39,874 nt of DNA, taken from assembly GCF_001194135.2 (NCBI RefSeq), contig NC_068982.1:131060231-131100104 (forward strand), given 5' to 3'. A program made the translations under genes and the position numbers. This document shows, piece by piece, positions 1-10,117 of this stretch (the stretch's first letter is position 1; every line of letters starts with the position of its first letter). A model generated the notes under the pieces. The model ran no database searches. It was not told the origin of the DNA and was given only the letters and a program-made list of their open reading frames with translations. Origin of the DNA: Octopus bimaculoides. Its lineage: Eukaryota.

Positions 1-43
1 CTAGCATGGAAAGCGGACGTTAAACGATGATGATGATGATGAT
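1..43 (+). mobile_element. 3' tip of RTE-type tail (family C/D), cut by window start
   Basis: AGCATGGAAAGCGGACGTTAAAC(GAT)n matches the tail ends at 501-545, 4310-4352 and 38059-38097. Confidence 0.8.
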
Positions 44-299
44 ACATATGAACAGGGAAGTGGAAATTTTTTATTCTCCATTACACATGTTTCACTTGCT
101 GATAGGAAATAAAAATGATTCACATATTAGATAAAGGAATTTCTAATTAGAACTTCATCAGACAGAGAAAAAATTGTAATACAACTGTAACTACATATTA
201 ATTGTAATAATGGTATAAGTAGATGTGCTTCAGGAGGAAACAGCTGGGATTTACTCTAAGTACCTATAGACAAAGATAGATATAGATTTATATGTATGT

Positions 300-545
300 G
301 TGTCCATCCCATTGTTTTGACATCATGCAATAATTGTAAATGGGTGTCACTATCATACAAGTGGTGTTGTTTGTTTCCATTCTTTCCATGAAAACATATA
401 TGGCCATGAGGAAATACTAACTAGCTTGGAAACAGGGGAGGAACTGATAACAGGAAGGGCATTCAGCCATAAAAATCTACCTCAATGGATTCCAACTGAC
501 CCATGCAAGCATGGAAGAATGGACATTAAATGATGATGATGATGA
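300..545 (+). mobile_element. Family D SINE tail (RTE-type 3' end)
   Basis: GGAAACAGG...ACAGGAAGGGCAT..AGCC..AAAATCT...CCATGCAAGCATGG...(GAT)n; similar copies at 9200-9400 (-) and 17040-17168 (+). Confidence 0.75.
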
Positions 546-748
546 AAGATAGAAGCATAGAATTATATCTTAAGGGGCTTGACCTCTCCTACTTGCTATG
601 TACTAGGATAAACAAATTTATAAAACCCCATGTGCTACATCTACCTTTTACATTGAGATTCTTCTTGTTTCGCCCTGCATCAGCCTTGATCAATCAAACC
701 CATCAAAAAGCATCCCAGTCATGAACATCCATTCATTTGATATCAGAT

Positions 749-912
749 ATAGGTGCCGGCATGGCAGTGTGATAAGAAGATCACCTCCCAACCACATAGT
801 TCTGAGTTCAGTCCCACTGTGTAACACCTTGGGCAAGTGTCTTTCATTATAGCCTTGGACCTAGTGTGTGGATATGGTAGACAGAAACTGAAAAAATCCT
901 CTGTATGAATGA
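749..912 (+). mobile_element. Family A SINE, 5' half
   Basis: AACCACATAGTTCTGAGTTCAGTCCCACTG...CACCTTGGGCAAGTGTCTT aligns with the intact copies at 20734 and 39492-39874. Confidence 0.8.
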
Positions 913-913
913 A

Positions 914-1042
<129 letters not shown>

Positions 1043-1059
1043 TATAGTGTTTGAAAGAG

Positions 1060-1223
1060 GGCAGTCAGAATTTTGGAGAATTCTTTATTAGTGCTTTCAT
1101 TCATTTAACCAAATTCTTCAAGAAAAATTGAACAAAAATAATTATTTTGGTTCCATTTTTCTTGAAGAATTTGGTTAAATGAATGAAAGCACTAATAAAG
1201 AATAATACAAAATTCTGACAGCC
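1060..1223. repeat. 164-bp loopless palindrome (MITE-like/foldback)
   Basis: 82-bp arms centred at 1141/1142; 6 mismatches; 1080-1128 pairs perfectly with 1155-1203. Confidence 0.92.
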
Positions 1224-1245
1224 TCCTTTTTCTTAATATATATAA

Positions 1246-1388
1246 TTCTTTATTGCCCACATGGGCTAAACATAGAGGGGACAAACATTGGAAAGACAAA
1301 GGGACTAAGTCGATTACATCGACCCCAGTGCATAACTGGTATTTATTTAATCGACCCCGAAAGGATGAAAGGCAAAGTTAACCTCGGC
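1246..1388 (-). mobile_element. Family B SINE, 3' part
   Basis: Reverse complement GCCTTTCATCCTTTCGGGGTCGATTAAATAAATACCAGTTATGCACTGGGGTCGAT matches the copies at 17477 and 19043. Confidence 0.85.
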
Positions 1389-1419
1389 TTAATATATATA
1401 GACATATATATACACACAT

Positions 1420-1654
1420 GTATATGTGTGTGTGTGTGTTTTTGTGCATGTGTTTGTCCTTCCACCACCATCATTTAACAGCTGGTGTTGATGTATTTAT
1501 ATCTATAACTTAGCAGATTGGCTAAAGAGGCTGATAGAATAGGTACCAGGCTTTAAAAAAAATTAAGTACAGGATTTAATTTGTTTGACTAACCCCTTTA
1601 AGGCATTGCCCCAGCATGGCCACAGTCCAATGACTAAAACAAGTAAAAGATAAA
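1420..1654 (+). mobile_element. Family A SINE, 3' half
   Basis: GATAGAATAGGTACCAGG...CCCCAGCATGGCCACAGTCCAATGACTAAAACAAGTAAAAGA matches the family A tail. Confidence 0.75.
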
Positions 1655-3082
1655 CAAGTATATCTTGAGTCATATTGATTCCTTCTGTTTTTATTTTTTT
1701 TTAATGTTTTGTATGGTGTGATTTGAGTGAGATTTTGCTGCTATTTCCAACAGTGTTGTGTTTATTTATGAGTTTTATCAGCTCAGAATCAGATATTTTA
1801 AGACAAGTTAAACACTCAGTATTTGGTGTGTAATTATTAGTGAAATGCAGCATAGTTTCAGTAGATTATTATCTATTGCTTCTATAATGATTATTAAAAT
1901 TTTATACAATAAAAGCTTTGTAGTTTTATAGTTGACTGTGAAACACTGCACAGGGGTAGGAGTTGGCACTATTAAGGGAGATTCATGTGATGAAGGAAAG
2001 GGATCAGTATTAGCAGCTGCCACACTCTTTCTGGTCCTTTTTAAGTTAGGAGACAATGAGGAGAAATGAACATAAAACAAAGCAAACAAAAAATAAATAA
2101 ATAAAAGACCTTCCCCCACAATGAATCATGGCCCAGGGCTGGATGAAAATCAACATAGTTCCTTCTCAATTATTTAGGTCAGTCTTCAGTCACAATGCTG
2201 ACAACCACATCTCTGGAGGTGGAACAATAAACCAGCTATTTTAAAAATGAACAGAATAGAAAAGTGGGGACAGCAGGAAAGAGGGAGAGGAAAATATTGG
2301 GGGAGGAGCAGACACAGGGTGGGAAAACAAAGTGATAGTCATTGGTGGGGAGAGGGTGATTATTAAGGGAAGTGCAGACAGGGGGGTGAAGGATAAAGTG
2401 ACAGTGGCAGGGGAGCTTGATGTTAGAAGTAGAGAAAGTAGTGAATTGAAATTTGCTGGGAGGTTTAAAAAAAAAAAGTCTAAATAAAAAAGTTCAGATA
2501 AATAAAAATATTAAAAAAATAAAAGATACAAAGGGAGCAAAAAAACAAGAAAAAATACAATTTGGGATTATATGAAATATAAAGAAAGAAAAAAAAAACA
2601 GGAATAAAACATGATTAGGATTTCTCAATGAAATTTCTTCTTGAAATTCTGTTAATATTTAAAATAACATGAAAAGATCGCCTGCAGTTAATAACCATTG
2701 AGAGAAATACCTCTGGACATGACTAACTAACAGTATAATTACATTGAATACTAGACATTCATATCTATTTACTATAGAATGCCAAATATGTAGTAACTGT
2801 ACTGAAACTCAGTCGAAAGAGAATCATAGTAAACAGTGACTATGATGAGATCTATCAGAAAACACAGAGTTTGTTATTTAATTGTAACATATTTTACTGG
2901 GATACAAAATGAGTTTTATAACAATAATTGTTTCTTTAACTTTGAAATGTCTTCCCCGCAAAACTCAACTCTGTCACTTAACTGCGTTCATTTATTTACT
3001 AACAAATGGAATCAAGATAGCACACACCCCTTTCATACTACGATTAATTTAGAAAGTGTCTTATATACATCATATACAAATA

Positions 3083-3092
3083 TACACACACA

Positions 3093-3122
<30 letters not shown>
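3083..3122. repeat. (CA)n microsatellite
   Basis: Direct reading. Confidence 0.9.
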
Positions 3123-3124
<2 letters not shown>

Positions 3125-3526
3125 AGGATTATTTATGAACAAAGATTTTGTCATTCATAACAACTATTAGTCAATTCTTTGTTTTATCAGTATTAATCTT
3201 TTATGACATTCATACACACACAATCACTCACAAACACGCAATCACTCACACAACCACTTATACAAAGACCGACACCCCACTTAGGATGAAATGATTATGA
3301 GGAAGTTCTACTTGTGTGCATGTGTCTCTTATAATGCAATGCATACCAGGCACAAATACAAAAATTTTCAATAACTCTCTAGTGTTATATTTGATACGCT
3401 GTGTCATCCAACACCTTGACATCATTGTTAAAGAATGACACGTTAAAAAGACAAAACTGCCGCTCTATGACAAGCATCTAGGGGTTCTTACACTGCTGGC
3501 ATGAGTCAGGGACATCAAGTACTCAC

Positions 3527-3730
3527 ATCGTAAAGTAGACCCCGGTGAGCATCTCTATAAGCAGCGGAGATGAAACGGGTATTCGAGCTTCCGGACTGTG
3601 AACACTGCTGTTCTTCAAGTCGGATTTTGCATTGAAACTGTCTGAAGATTTCGTACAGCTGCTTATCATGCTTCCATCAATCTTATCAGTATCTGGGAAG
3701 CTTAATCTACTGAAGCCATTCGTTGCAATC
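3527..3730 (-). CDS. Internal coding exon (204 nt, phase 2/2) of an unidentified gene; peptide IATNGFSRLSFPDTDKIDGSMISSCTKSSDSFNAKSDLKNSSVHSPEARIPVSSPLLIEMLTGVYFT
   Basis: Acceptor TTTTTGAATTTCTCTTTCAG (ends at 3731 on minus) and donor GTGAGT (3526-3521). Length is divisible by 3, exactly one frame is open throughout, and there are 9 CpG in 204 bp against a CpG-poor background. Product not recognised. Confidence 0.75.
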
Positions 3731-3829
3731 CTGAAAGAGAAATTCAAAAACAACATATATCAGAGTAGTTGGTTATGATAATTAAAATGATACACTGGCA
3801 ATACTTTCTAAATTTGGATCAGAAAATTC

Positions 3830-3975
3830 TTCCTGATTTTGGCACAAGGCCAGCAATTTTGAGGGGAGGGATTAAGTCAATTACACTGGCTCCAGTGTTC
3901 AACTGATACTTATTTTATCAACCCCAAAAGAATGAAAGGCAAAGCTGACATTGGCAGAATTTGGAATCAGAACAT
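3830..3975 (-). mobile_element. Family B SINE fragment
   Basis: Reverse complement contains TTTGCCTTTCATTCTTTTGGGGTTGATAAAATAAGTATCAG and the tail TTGCTGGCCTTGTGCC. Confidence 0.75.
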
Positions 3976-4049
3976 AATTCTACCAGATCACCTTCTTACT
4001 CTGGTAAAAGTTAATTTTTAATTCAAGACTCCCTATTTCAATTTACAAA

Positions 4050-4352
4050 AAGACCCTTGTCAGGAACATCAAACGTTAAAGCACCCATGTTGATACCACG
4101 TAAAAGCACCCAACGCCAGTGCCATGTATAAAGCACCTGTGCTGGTGCCACATATAAAACCAGCCATGCTGGGATCACATAAAAAGCAACCATTACACTC
4201 TGTAAAGTGGTTAGAGTCAGGGAGGGCATCCAGCCATAGAAACCATGTCAAAACAGACAACTGGAGCCTGAGCAGCTCCAGCTGGCCAGCTCTGGTCAAA
4301 CCATCCAAGCCATGCCAGCATGGAAAACAGACATTAGATAATGATGATGGTG
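4050..4352 (+). mobile_element. Family C element (RTE-type 3' end with internal ~25-bp repeats)
   Basis: Several degenerate GTGCTGGTGCCAC.TAAAAGCACCC units, then ACTCTGTAAAGTGG...GGGCATCCAGCC...CCATGCCAGCATGG...(GAT)n; matches 36418 and 37750 copies. Confidence 0.8.
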
Positions 4353-4403
4353 ACAAGTTTAATAACAATTGGGACTTGTATCATTAAGCTTTAAAGTAAT
4401 TTT

Positions 4404-4614
4404 TTCTAATTTAGGTACAAAGTTAGCAATTTTGAGAAGATAGGTTAGTAGACAACATTAACCCTAGTACTTGTATGGTACTTTATTCTATCAACTACAG
4501 AGAGACAAATTGCGAAGTTGATTTCAACAGGATTTGAACTCAGAATGTAGACAGCCAAAAGAAACACTGCAAGGCATTTTGTTCAACACTTTAACAATGA
4601 TGCCAGTATCCCAC
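4404..4614 (-). mobile_element. Old family B SINE, left arm of near-identical inverted pair
   Basis: Head-to-tail similarity to family B (AAAATGC...TTCTGAGTTCAAATC...GATAGAATAAAGTACC); 4433-4614 is the reverse complement of 4755-4936. Confidence 0.85.
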
Positions 4615-4754
4615 CTGATGTATTTTATATGAAACACAAATAACAAGCTTGCATCACAGAACAAAGTGAGTGGTGAGGGAAGAGCTCATTCCTGGATGCA
4701 TACCTAATAGATCTTTCATCGTTATTGATGCTCAAGTGAAGGCATGTATTTAGA

Positions 4755-4936
4755 GTGGGATACTGGCATCATTGTAAAAGTGTTGAACAAAATGCCTTGC
4801 AGTGTTTCTTTTGGCTGTCTACATTCTGAGTTCAAATCCTGTTGAAATCAACTTCGCAATTTGTCTCTCTGTAGTTGATAGAATAAAGTACCATACAAGT
4901 ACTAGGGTTAATGTTATCTACTAACCTATCTCCTCA
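4755..4936 (+). mobile_element. Old family B SINE, right arm of near-identical inverted pair
   Basis: 182 bp with 3 mismatches to the reverse complement of 4433-4614. Confidence 0.85.
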
Positions 4937-5869
4937 TGACCATAAGATTATAAAGGTTCCATTCCTAAACTGGGTGAAGCATGGTACCCTTGAGTAAGGC
5001 ACTTCACCTAACACTGCACTAATCTACTCAATGAAAATGAATAGTAGCCAAGTGCTAGGGCAGACCTCTCACCTCCAACTCCCACAACTTTGATATCTGA
5101 TGGGGTGAAGAGTGTGAGGGCTGAGAAGATGGCTATGTCTAGCTGAAACTACATGGGTATCTAAAACAATTAGTGAAGAAATTGTGCATGCTACAAAGTC
5201 CAACTCACTTTTGAATGAAGGCTATGTTTTTTTTTTTAATATTTTTTTTTATATCTGATCAATGAGATGAGGAAGCAACTATTTCAGTAATGACATACCT
5301 TTGACATGTGTCACAGAGGGACTGATGTGACTGAGGAGACATGGAAGCAATATCTGCATTGTAACACTGCATCACATAGGTCAGTATTTCCTGCCTGAGG
5401 AAAAGAAGAAAAAAAAACTTTAAACATACAGAGTACTTTTGAATTATTATATTTCACTAGGATACATACACAGACATAAAATTTAGTATCAGCTTACAAA
5501 CATGAAATCAGTGCTTTTCAACCATTTTTTCCCATGTCCCACTTCAATTTTCCATGAAGAATGTACACTCCACCTTGAACAGACAAAGCTAGTATAGAGT
5601 ATATATATTCATATTCAAAAGAAGTTTTAATTAAAGGTTGATTGCAAGTTTTATTCCCTTGTTCCTTACTTATACTCCATACCGAGGTCTCACTCCCCAC
5701 CAAAATAATGCCATGTACTAGTTGATGGAGAGTCCTACCTTCAGAAGCACTACACTAAATTGTAATTTCACATACATCCAGATTTATACACTTTATGTAG
5801 TTTCATATCAAACTTGTCACATAGATATATTAAAAGAGATAAGCACACACACACACATTGTGGCCTCAA

Positions 5870-6033
5870 AAGTGCCAGTGCTATGAAAATAGCACCCAGT
5901 ACATGTAAAATAGTTGGCATTAGAAAGGCTGTAGAAATTCTGCCAAAGCAGACGCTGGAGTTTGATAGTCTTCTAGCTCATCAAATCCTGTTGAGCAGTC
6001 TAATAACTGCATGGAAGATGGACATTAAATGAT
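5870..6033 (+). mobile_element. Degraded family C element
   Basis: AGCACCCAGTACA.GTAAAATAGTTGGCATTAGAAAGG...GCATGGAAGATGGACATTAAATGAT. Confidence 0.65.
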
Positions 6034-6083
6034 CACACACACACACACACACACACACATCATTGCTTTTATGTTCATTTAAC

Positions 6084-6200
6084 CATTGTCATCATTTTTA
6101 TGTCCAAAACTTTACTGAGGCAGATTTTGAGAGCTGGATGTTCTTGCTGTTGCCAACACTTGTTTTTAAAGTGAGGTAGTTCACCAATCACCACACATCT
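6084..6200 (-). mobile_element. Degraded family D-like tail
   Basis: Reverse complement has GAACATCCAGCT...AAATCTGCCTCA...GGACATAAAAATGATGA. Confidence 0.5.
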
Positions 6201-6351
6201 GCTAAACTAGAAAGTATTTGTTCACTGGAATTAGTAAACAATGCCATTGTTTTTTTGCTCAGGCAGTACCAATGATAACAATTGGACTGGCATTCATTAA
6301 ATACATGCTTTCTCTCTCTCTCTCTCTCTCATACACACACACATATGTAAT

Positions 6352-6521
6352 ATATGATGGGCATCTTTGCAAGTTCCCCTCAACTGATTTCACTCATAAA
6401 CACTGGTTGGCCCAAGGGATACAATTTGAAGACACCCTCTGTAGTGCCATGCAGAAGGACAACCAAATTTAAAACCACATGGCTGCAAACAAATTTCATA
6501 ACACACAGCTATACCTACGCT
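6352..6521 (-). mobile_element. Degraded family A 5' half
   Basis: Reverse complement begins GCGTAGGTATAGCTGTGTG...CCATGTGGTT and includes CCCTTGGGCCAACC...GAGTGAAAT. Confidence 0.6.
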
Positions 6522-7024
6522 TATGTACAGGAAAAAAAAACAAAAAACAAAAAACAAAGGAAAATAAAAATTGTAAGAACAGCCTGGAAACTGAACTAAA
6601 ATTCATTGTTAATTTCTCTTTCCAATATTATTATTATTGTTTTTATTATTATCATTCCAGTAACTGTTCATTTATTCACTGATCTCCTGTGTTGGTCATA
6701 ACCTCAGCTGTTCACACGTGGTCTGTAAGAAGGCAGACTAATACATCCCAGTACAGCATTGACCTATGTTGAAAACTAGGTAGTAAATGCTTCTGAGCTA
6801 ACCTGAAATTTACATTTGTTTCCTGTGTATAATTGATTATATTGGAGTGGATAGCAAGCCTTTTACAATTCACTGAGGAATTGGCAACAAGTATTTTTTA
6901 TGACATATGATTAATGTGCATGAGAGTGTGTGTACATGTGCATGCACACACACACACACACACAGAAAGTACAGCATATAGAAAAATAATAAGACTAAAG
7001 TGGGAATCAACATCAGCATGCTTC

Positions 7025-7345
7025 ACATTATCATTTTAACATCTGCAATGAAGACAGTTCCAACTCATGCTGTTAGTATGTGTTGGACATGACTCCAATG
7101 TGCCCTATCTTGATATGTCTCAATCTATGTCATCTCATCTGTTAGGTCCAATAATCTCTGAGATCCAACATTCTATGGTCAAGCTTCACCACTCCTCTCG
7201 CAACACACAACATTTTCTTGTACACATTATACATATTTCCTTTTTCCTTATATATCTGTAAGAGTGTGGCCCCATTTCCTGTATGCATTGGCCAACATCT
7301 TCAACGCCCAGCTCTTTTTACATGATACACAGGCCTTATGTAAAT
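7025..7345 (-). mobile_element. Degraded 3' end of an RTE-clade LINE
   Basis: Minus strand reads CACACTCTTACAG...GAGGAGTGGTGAAGCTTGACC...GATGACATAGATTGAGAC, the C-terminal region pattern (HTLT...EVVK.D...M..DR), followed by AGCATG...GATGTTAAAATGAT; many frameshifts. Confidence 0.5.
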
Positions 7346-7559
7346 TCACGTTACACACACACACACAATAATATATCCAGCACCATTCTCTCGGGCTTCG
7401 ATACATTTTGTGCACCCAAACCAATCTACAGTTGTTTTTGAATTATCATCACGATTCATGATTCTACTGTTATTTTTGATGAAAATATATTTAGACATTT
7501 AATTATTATTAATTAAAATGTCTAAATATTTTGGTTATAAGCACTCGTTGTCATTGTCG

Positions 7560-7780
7560 TCGTCATCATCATCATCATTTAACAAGTGTTTTCCAAGTTG
7601 GTAGAGGTTGGATGGTTTGACAAAATCTGACAAGACATAGGGTTGCAGTAGACACCAATGTTGGCTTTGTTGTAGTTTCTACAATTGGACATCTTCCTAA
7701 TGCCAACCACTTTGCAGAGTGTACTGGGTGCTTTTTTTCCCCCTGCTACCAGCACTAGTGAGGTCACCAAATAACTTGCA
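7560..7780 (-). mobile_element. Family C element
   Basis: (CAT)n, then reverse complement TTGCAAGTTATTTGGTGACCTCACTAGTGCTGG...AGCACCCAGTACACTCTGCAAAGTGGTTGGCATTAGGAAG, as at 37750. Confidence 0.75.
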
Positions 7781-8347
7781 ACACACATACAAAGAAAAAT
7801 AAATAAATAAAATAAATACAGGTAAAAACCTTCTTGATTGCGTGGGAGTATATTTGAGAAAGAAGAGGGTCAAGTGTTGAAGGTTATGAAGGATGAGCAA
7901 AAATGTCTTGTCATTGAGGAAATACATGGTTACACCTCATTATTTGAGAGTGAGTGAGAGTACCTGGAAGGAAGATAAAATGGTGGCGATGGGCTGCCAG
8001 AGCATACTCTCATATAACCTTGGTAACAAGGTTTCAAGTCCTAGTTAAAGCCATTTCAATTCACATGTGTTGCTATAATGCTGTGAAAAATCATTATTTT
8101 ATTCATAATTAACAAATGTATTGATGTGATGCTAAATTGTTGCCAAATTTAGTATATATCTTGAAATGACTTTGCACATGGAAATGTTACTTGGAAAGGT
8201 ATGAATGTCACAAAATAAAATCAATTATTAGTTATTATATTATTTATATTATCAATTTGCTGTAGACATTCTAAACAAACCAAACATTTTTAAGGGTAGT
8301 TTAATTATGAAAAATACTGATGATATATTTAAATAATTGTTTTGAAT

Positions 8348-8508
8348 ATGCACAAGGTCTGAAGTTTAGTGGGGATGGGTAGTTGACAGTACTCTATCAA
8401 CCAAAAGGGTGAAATATGATGGTGAATTATGCCAAGTTTGAACTAAGAACAGAAGAAATACTGTAAGGTATTTTGTCCAACAAGCTGATGATTTGATCAG
8501 CTCACCAG
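8348..8508 (-). mobile_element. Highly degraded family B SINE
   Basis: Reverse complement: GAGCTGATCAAATCATCAGC...GGACAAAATACC...TTCTTAGTTCAAAC...TTCACCCTTTTGGTTGATAG. Confidence 0.5.
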
Positions 8509-8632
8509 ATTTGATAGTTTCTAATATTTACAGTAACATGAATAACCATAGTAAGGTTAAACATAGTGATTAAAAAAATATTAAATATTGACTAATATCT
8601 TTTGCCAAGCAAGCAGGAGATATACTTTTGCC

Positions 8633-8693
8633 TTATTAGACTTCATCAGCCAAATCATAAAGAGTAGGTGATATTTCTGATGAAGCCTAATAA
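8633..8693. repeat. 61-nt hairpin whose two arms each carry CTGATGAAG pointing outward
   Basis: 25-bp stem with 4 mismatches, 11-nt loop (8658-8668). Confidence 0.85.
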
Positions 8694-9054
8694 TACATAA
8701 ATGTTCAAAGTTGTCTCCTTTACTTGATTAGCCAATGTTACACATCAAAGCCATTTACTCAGTTTTCAACACTTGATCAAAGCAAGTAAAGTGTCTTGTT
8801 ATTTTTAGTACAACACAACACTGTGGGATTTTCAGGATTTAATAATTGCTGGATCAGTAACTGACTGACTCGACAAAAGCAAAGAAACAAATTCCAGGCA
8901 ACAATTTATACCTTATTCAAATGTTAATATATTTTAAGCCAACTGAGTTGAAGGCCTAAAAACATCCACATGAATGAGTCATCAAGTCAAACTTTGGTAT
9001 AAAATTAAAAGATTTCCCTACACTCATCAAACAAGCAGAATAATTCTGTAACAA

Positions 9055-9165
9055 TCGTTTCTAATATAGGCACAGGGATAGAAATTAGTGGGTGATGGGG
9101 TTAGTCAATTATATCACCACTAGTACTACAGTTGTACTTATTGATTCCAGAAGGATGAAATAGCT
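9055..9165 (-). mobile_element. Degraded family B 3' fragment
   Basis: Reverse complement: TTTCATCCTTCTGGAATCAATAAGTAC...ATAATTGACTAACCCC...TGTGCCTATATTAGAAA. Confidence 0.5.
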
Positions 9166-9199
9166 CTGTTTTCTTTTCCTTTTTCACATATTTTTTTTT

Positions 9200-9399
9200 G
9201 CATATCCACCTTTCAGACAATTTGTAAAGGCAGATTTCTACAGCTAGATGCCCTCCCTGTCATCAGCCACACTTGTTTCCAAGCAAGGTAATAACTTTCT
9301 ATGGCCAGGCATGATTTCCAGAGAAGATTTGAAAACAATAACACTGCTTATAGGAAGCTAATGCTCATTTACAACCATCACAGTGATGTCACCTGTGTA

Positions 9400-9441
<42 letters not shown>

Positions 9442-9606
9442 TTGGCAGACTTCTATTTCTGTCAACCAAATCCACTTACAATGTTTTGGTTAGCCCAGGC
9501 CTATAGTGGAGGACACTTTCCCAAAGTACTGCACAAGGAGACTGAATTCAAAGCCACATGGTTGGGAACCAAACTTCTTACCCACAAAGCCATGTCCTAC
9601 ACCTGT
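9200..9606 (-). mobile_element. Chimeric SINE: family A head + (GT)n linker + family D tail
   Basis: 9441-9606 is the A head, 9402-9440 is (CA)n, 9200-9400 is the D tail (CTTGCTTGGAAACAAG...GACAGGGAGGGCATCTAGCTGTAGAAATCTGCC). Confidence 0.7.
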
Positions 9607-10117
9607 CCTCCATGCCTATGCCTCATATCCTTGCCGGTGCTTCTAATAATATAAATTTATTATTTTAGAGGCATTTATTTTTAAAATGGTAAAGGGAAGT
9701 AGGGTGATCAGTAGTGAGACTCACAAAATCAATGGCCTTTAACACAAATACTAATTGTAGTCATAATTATTTGAAAGAAAGCAGTCAGCTTTCCTCCAAG
9801 TATTATTATTTTACCAATGAATCCGACTGAAGTATCTTACCAATGCATCTTAGCAACGTATTATGCACAACATGGCTAGCTAAACATCTTTAGACAAATA
9901 ACATCACAATAATATATTAAATCATTTTTATGCAGATATACACATATCAGATATGTCAAAACGAGAAGTCCAAATCTTGGTACTATTCGTTAAGCTCACT
10001 GATTCAAATAAAATATTTTATTATTTATCATTTATATAAATAACATAAAGTAAACATATTTATCATTAAAACTCCATATAAGGAGAATATATTACATTTA
10101 TAGATTAAAAAAAAAAA

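Noticed and set aside
141-161. CTGATGAAG followed by palindrome TTCTAATTAGAA on the minus strand
   Set aside because: No GAAA after the stem and no stem I/III, so not a supportable hammerhead.
3527-3676. Second open frame in the exon (WKHDKQLYEIFRQ...AAYRDAHRGLLYD), faintly like the Rab YYRGAHGI..VYD motif
   Set aside because: This frame has four stops in the first 54 nt after the strong acceptor, no ATG, no good internal acceptor, and the motif spacing does not match.
4050-4180. CRISPR-like spaced repeats (GTGCTGGTGCCAC units)
   Set aside because: Degenerate tandem units inside a eukaryotic retroelement tail, with no unique spacers and no cas genes.
4960-5220. Possible additional old SINE (CCCTTGAGTAAGGCACTTCACC)
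   Set aside because: One short motif only, no head boxes and no second copy in the window.
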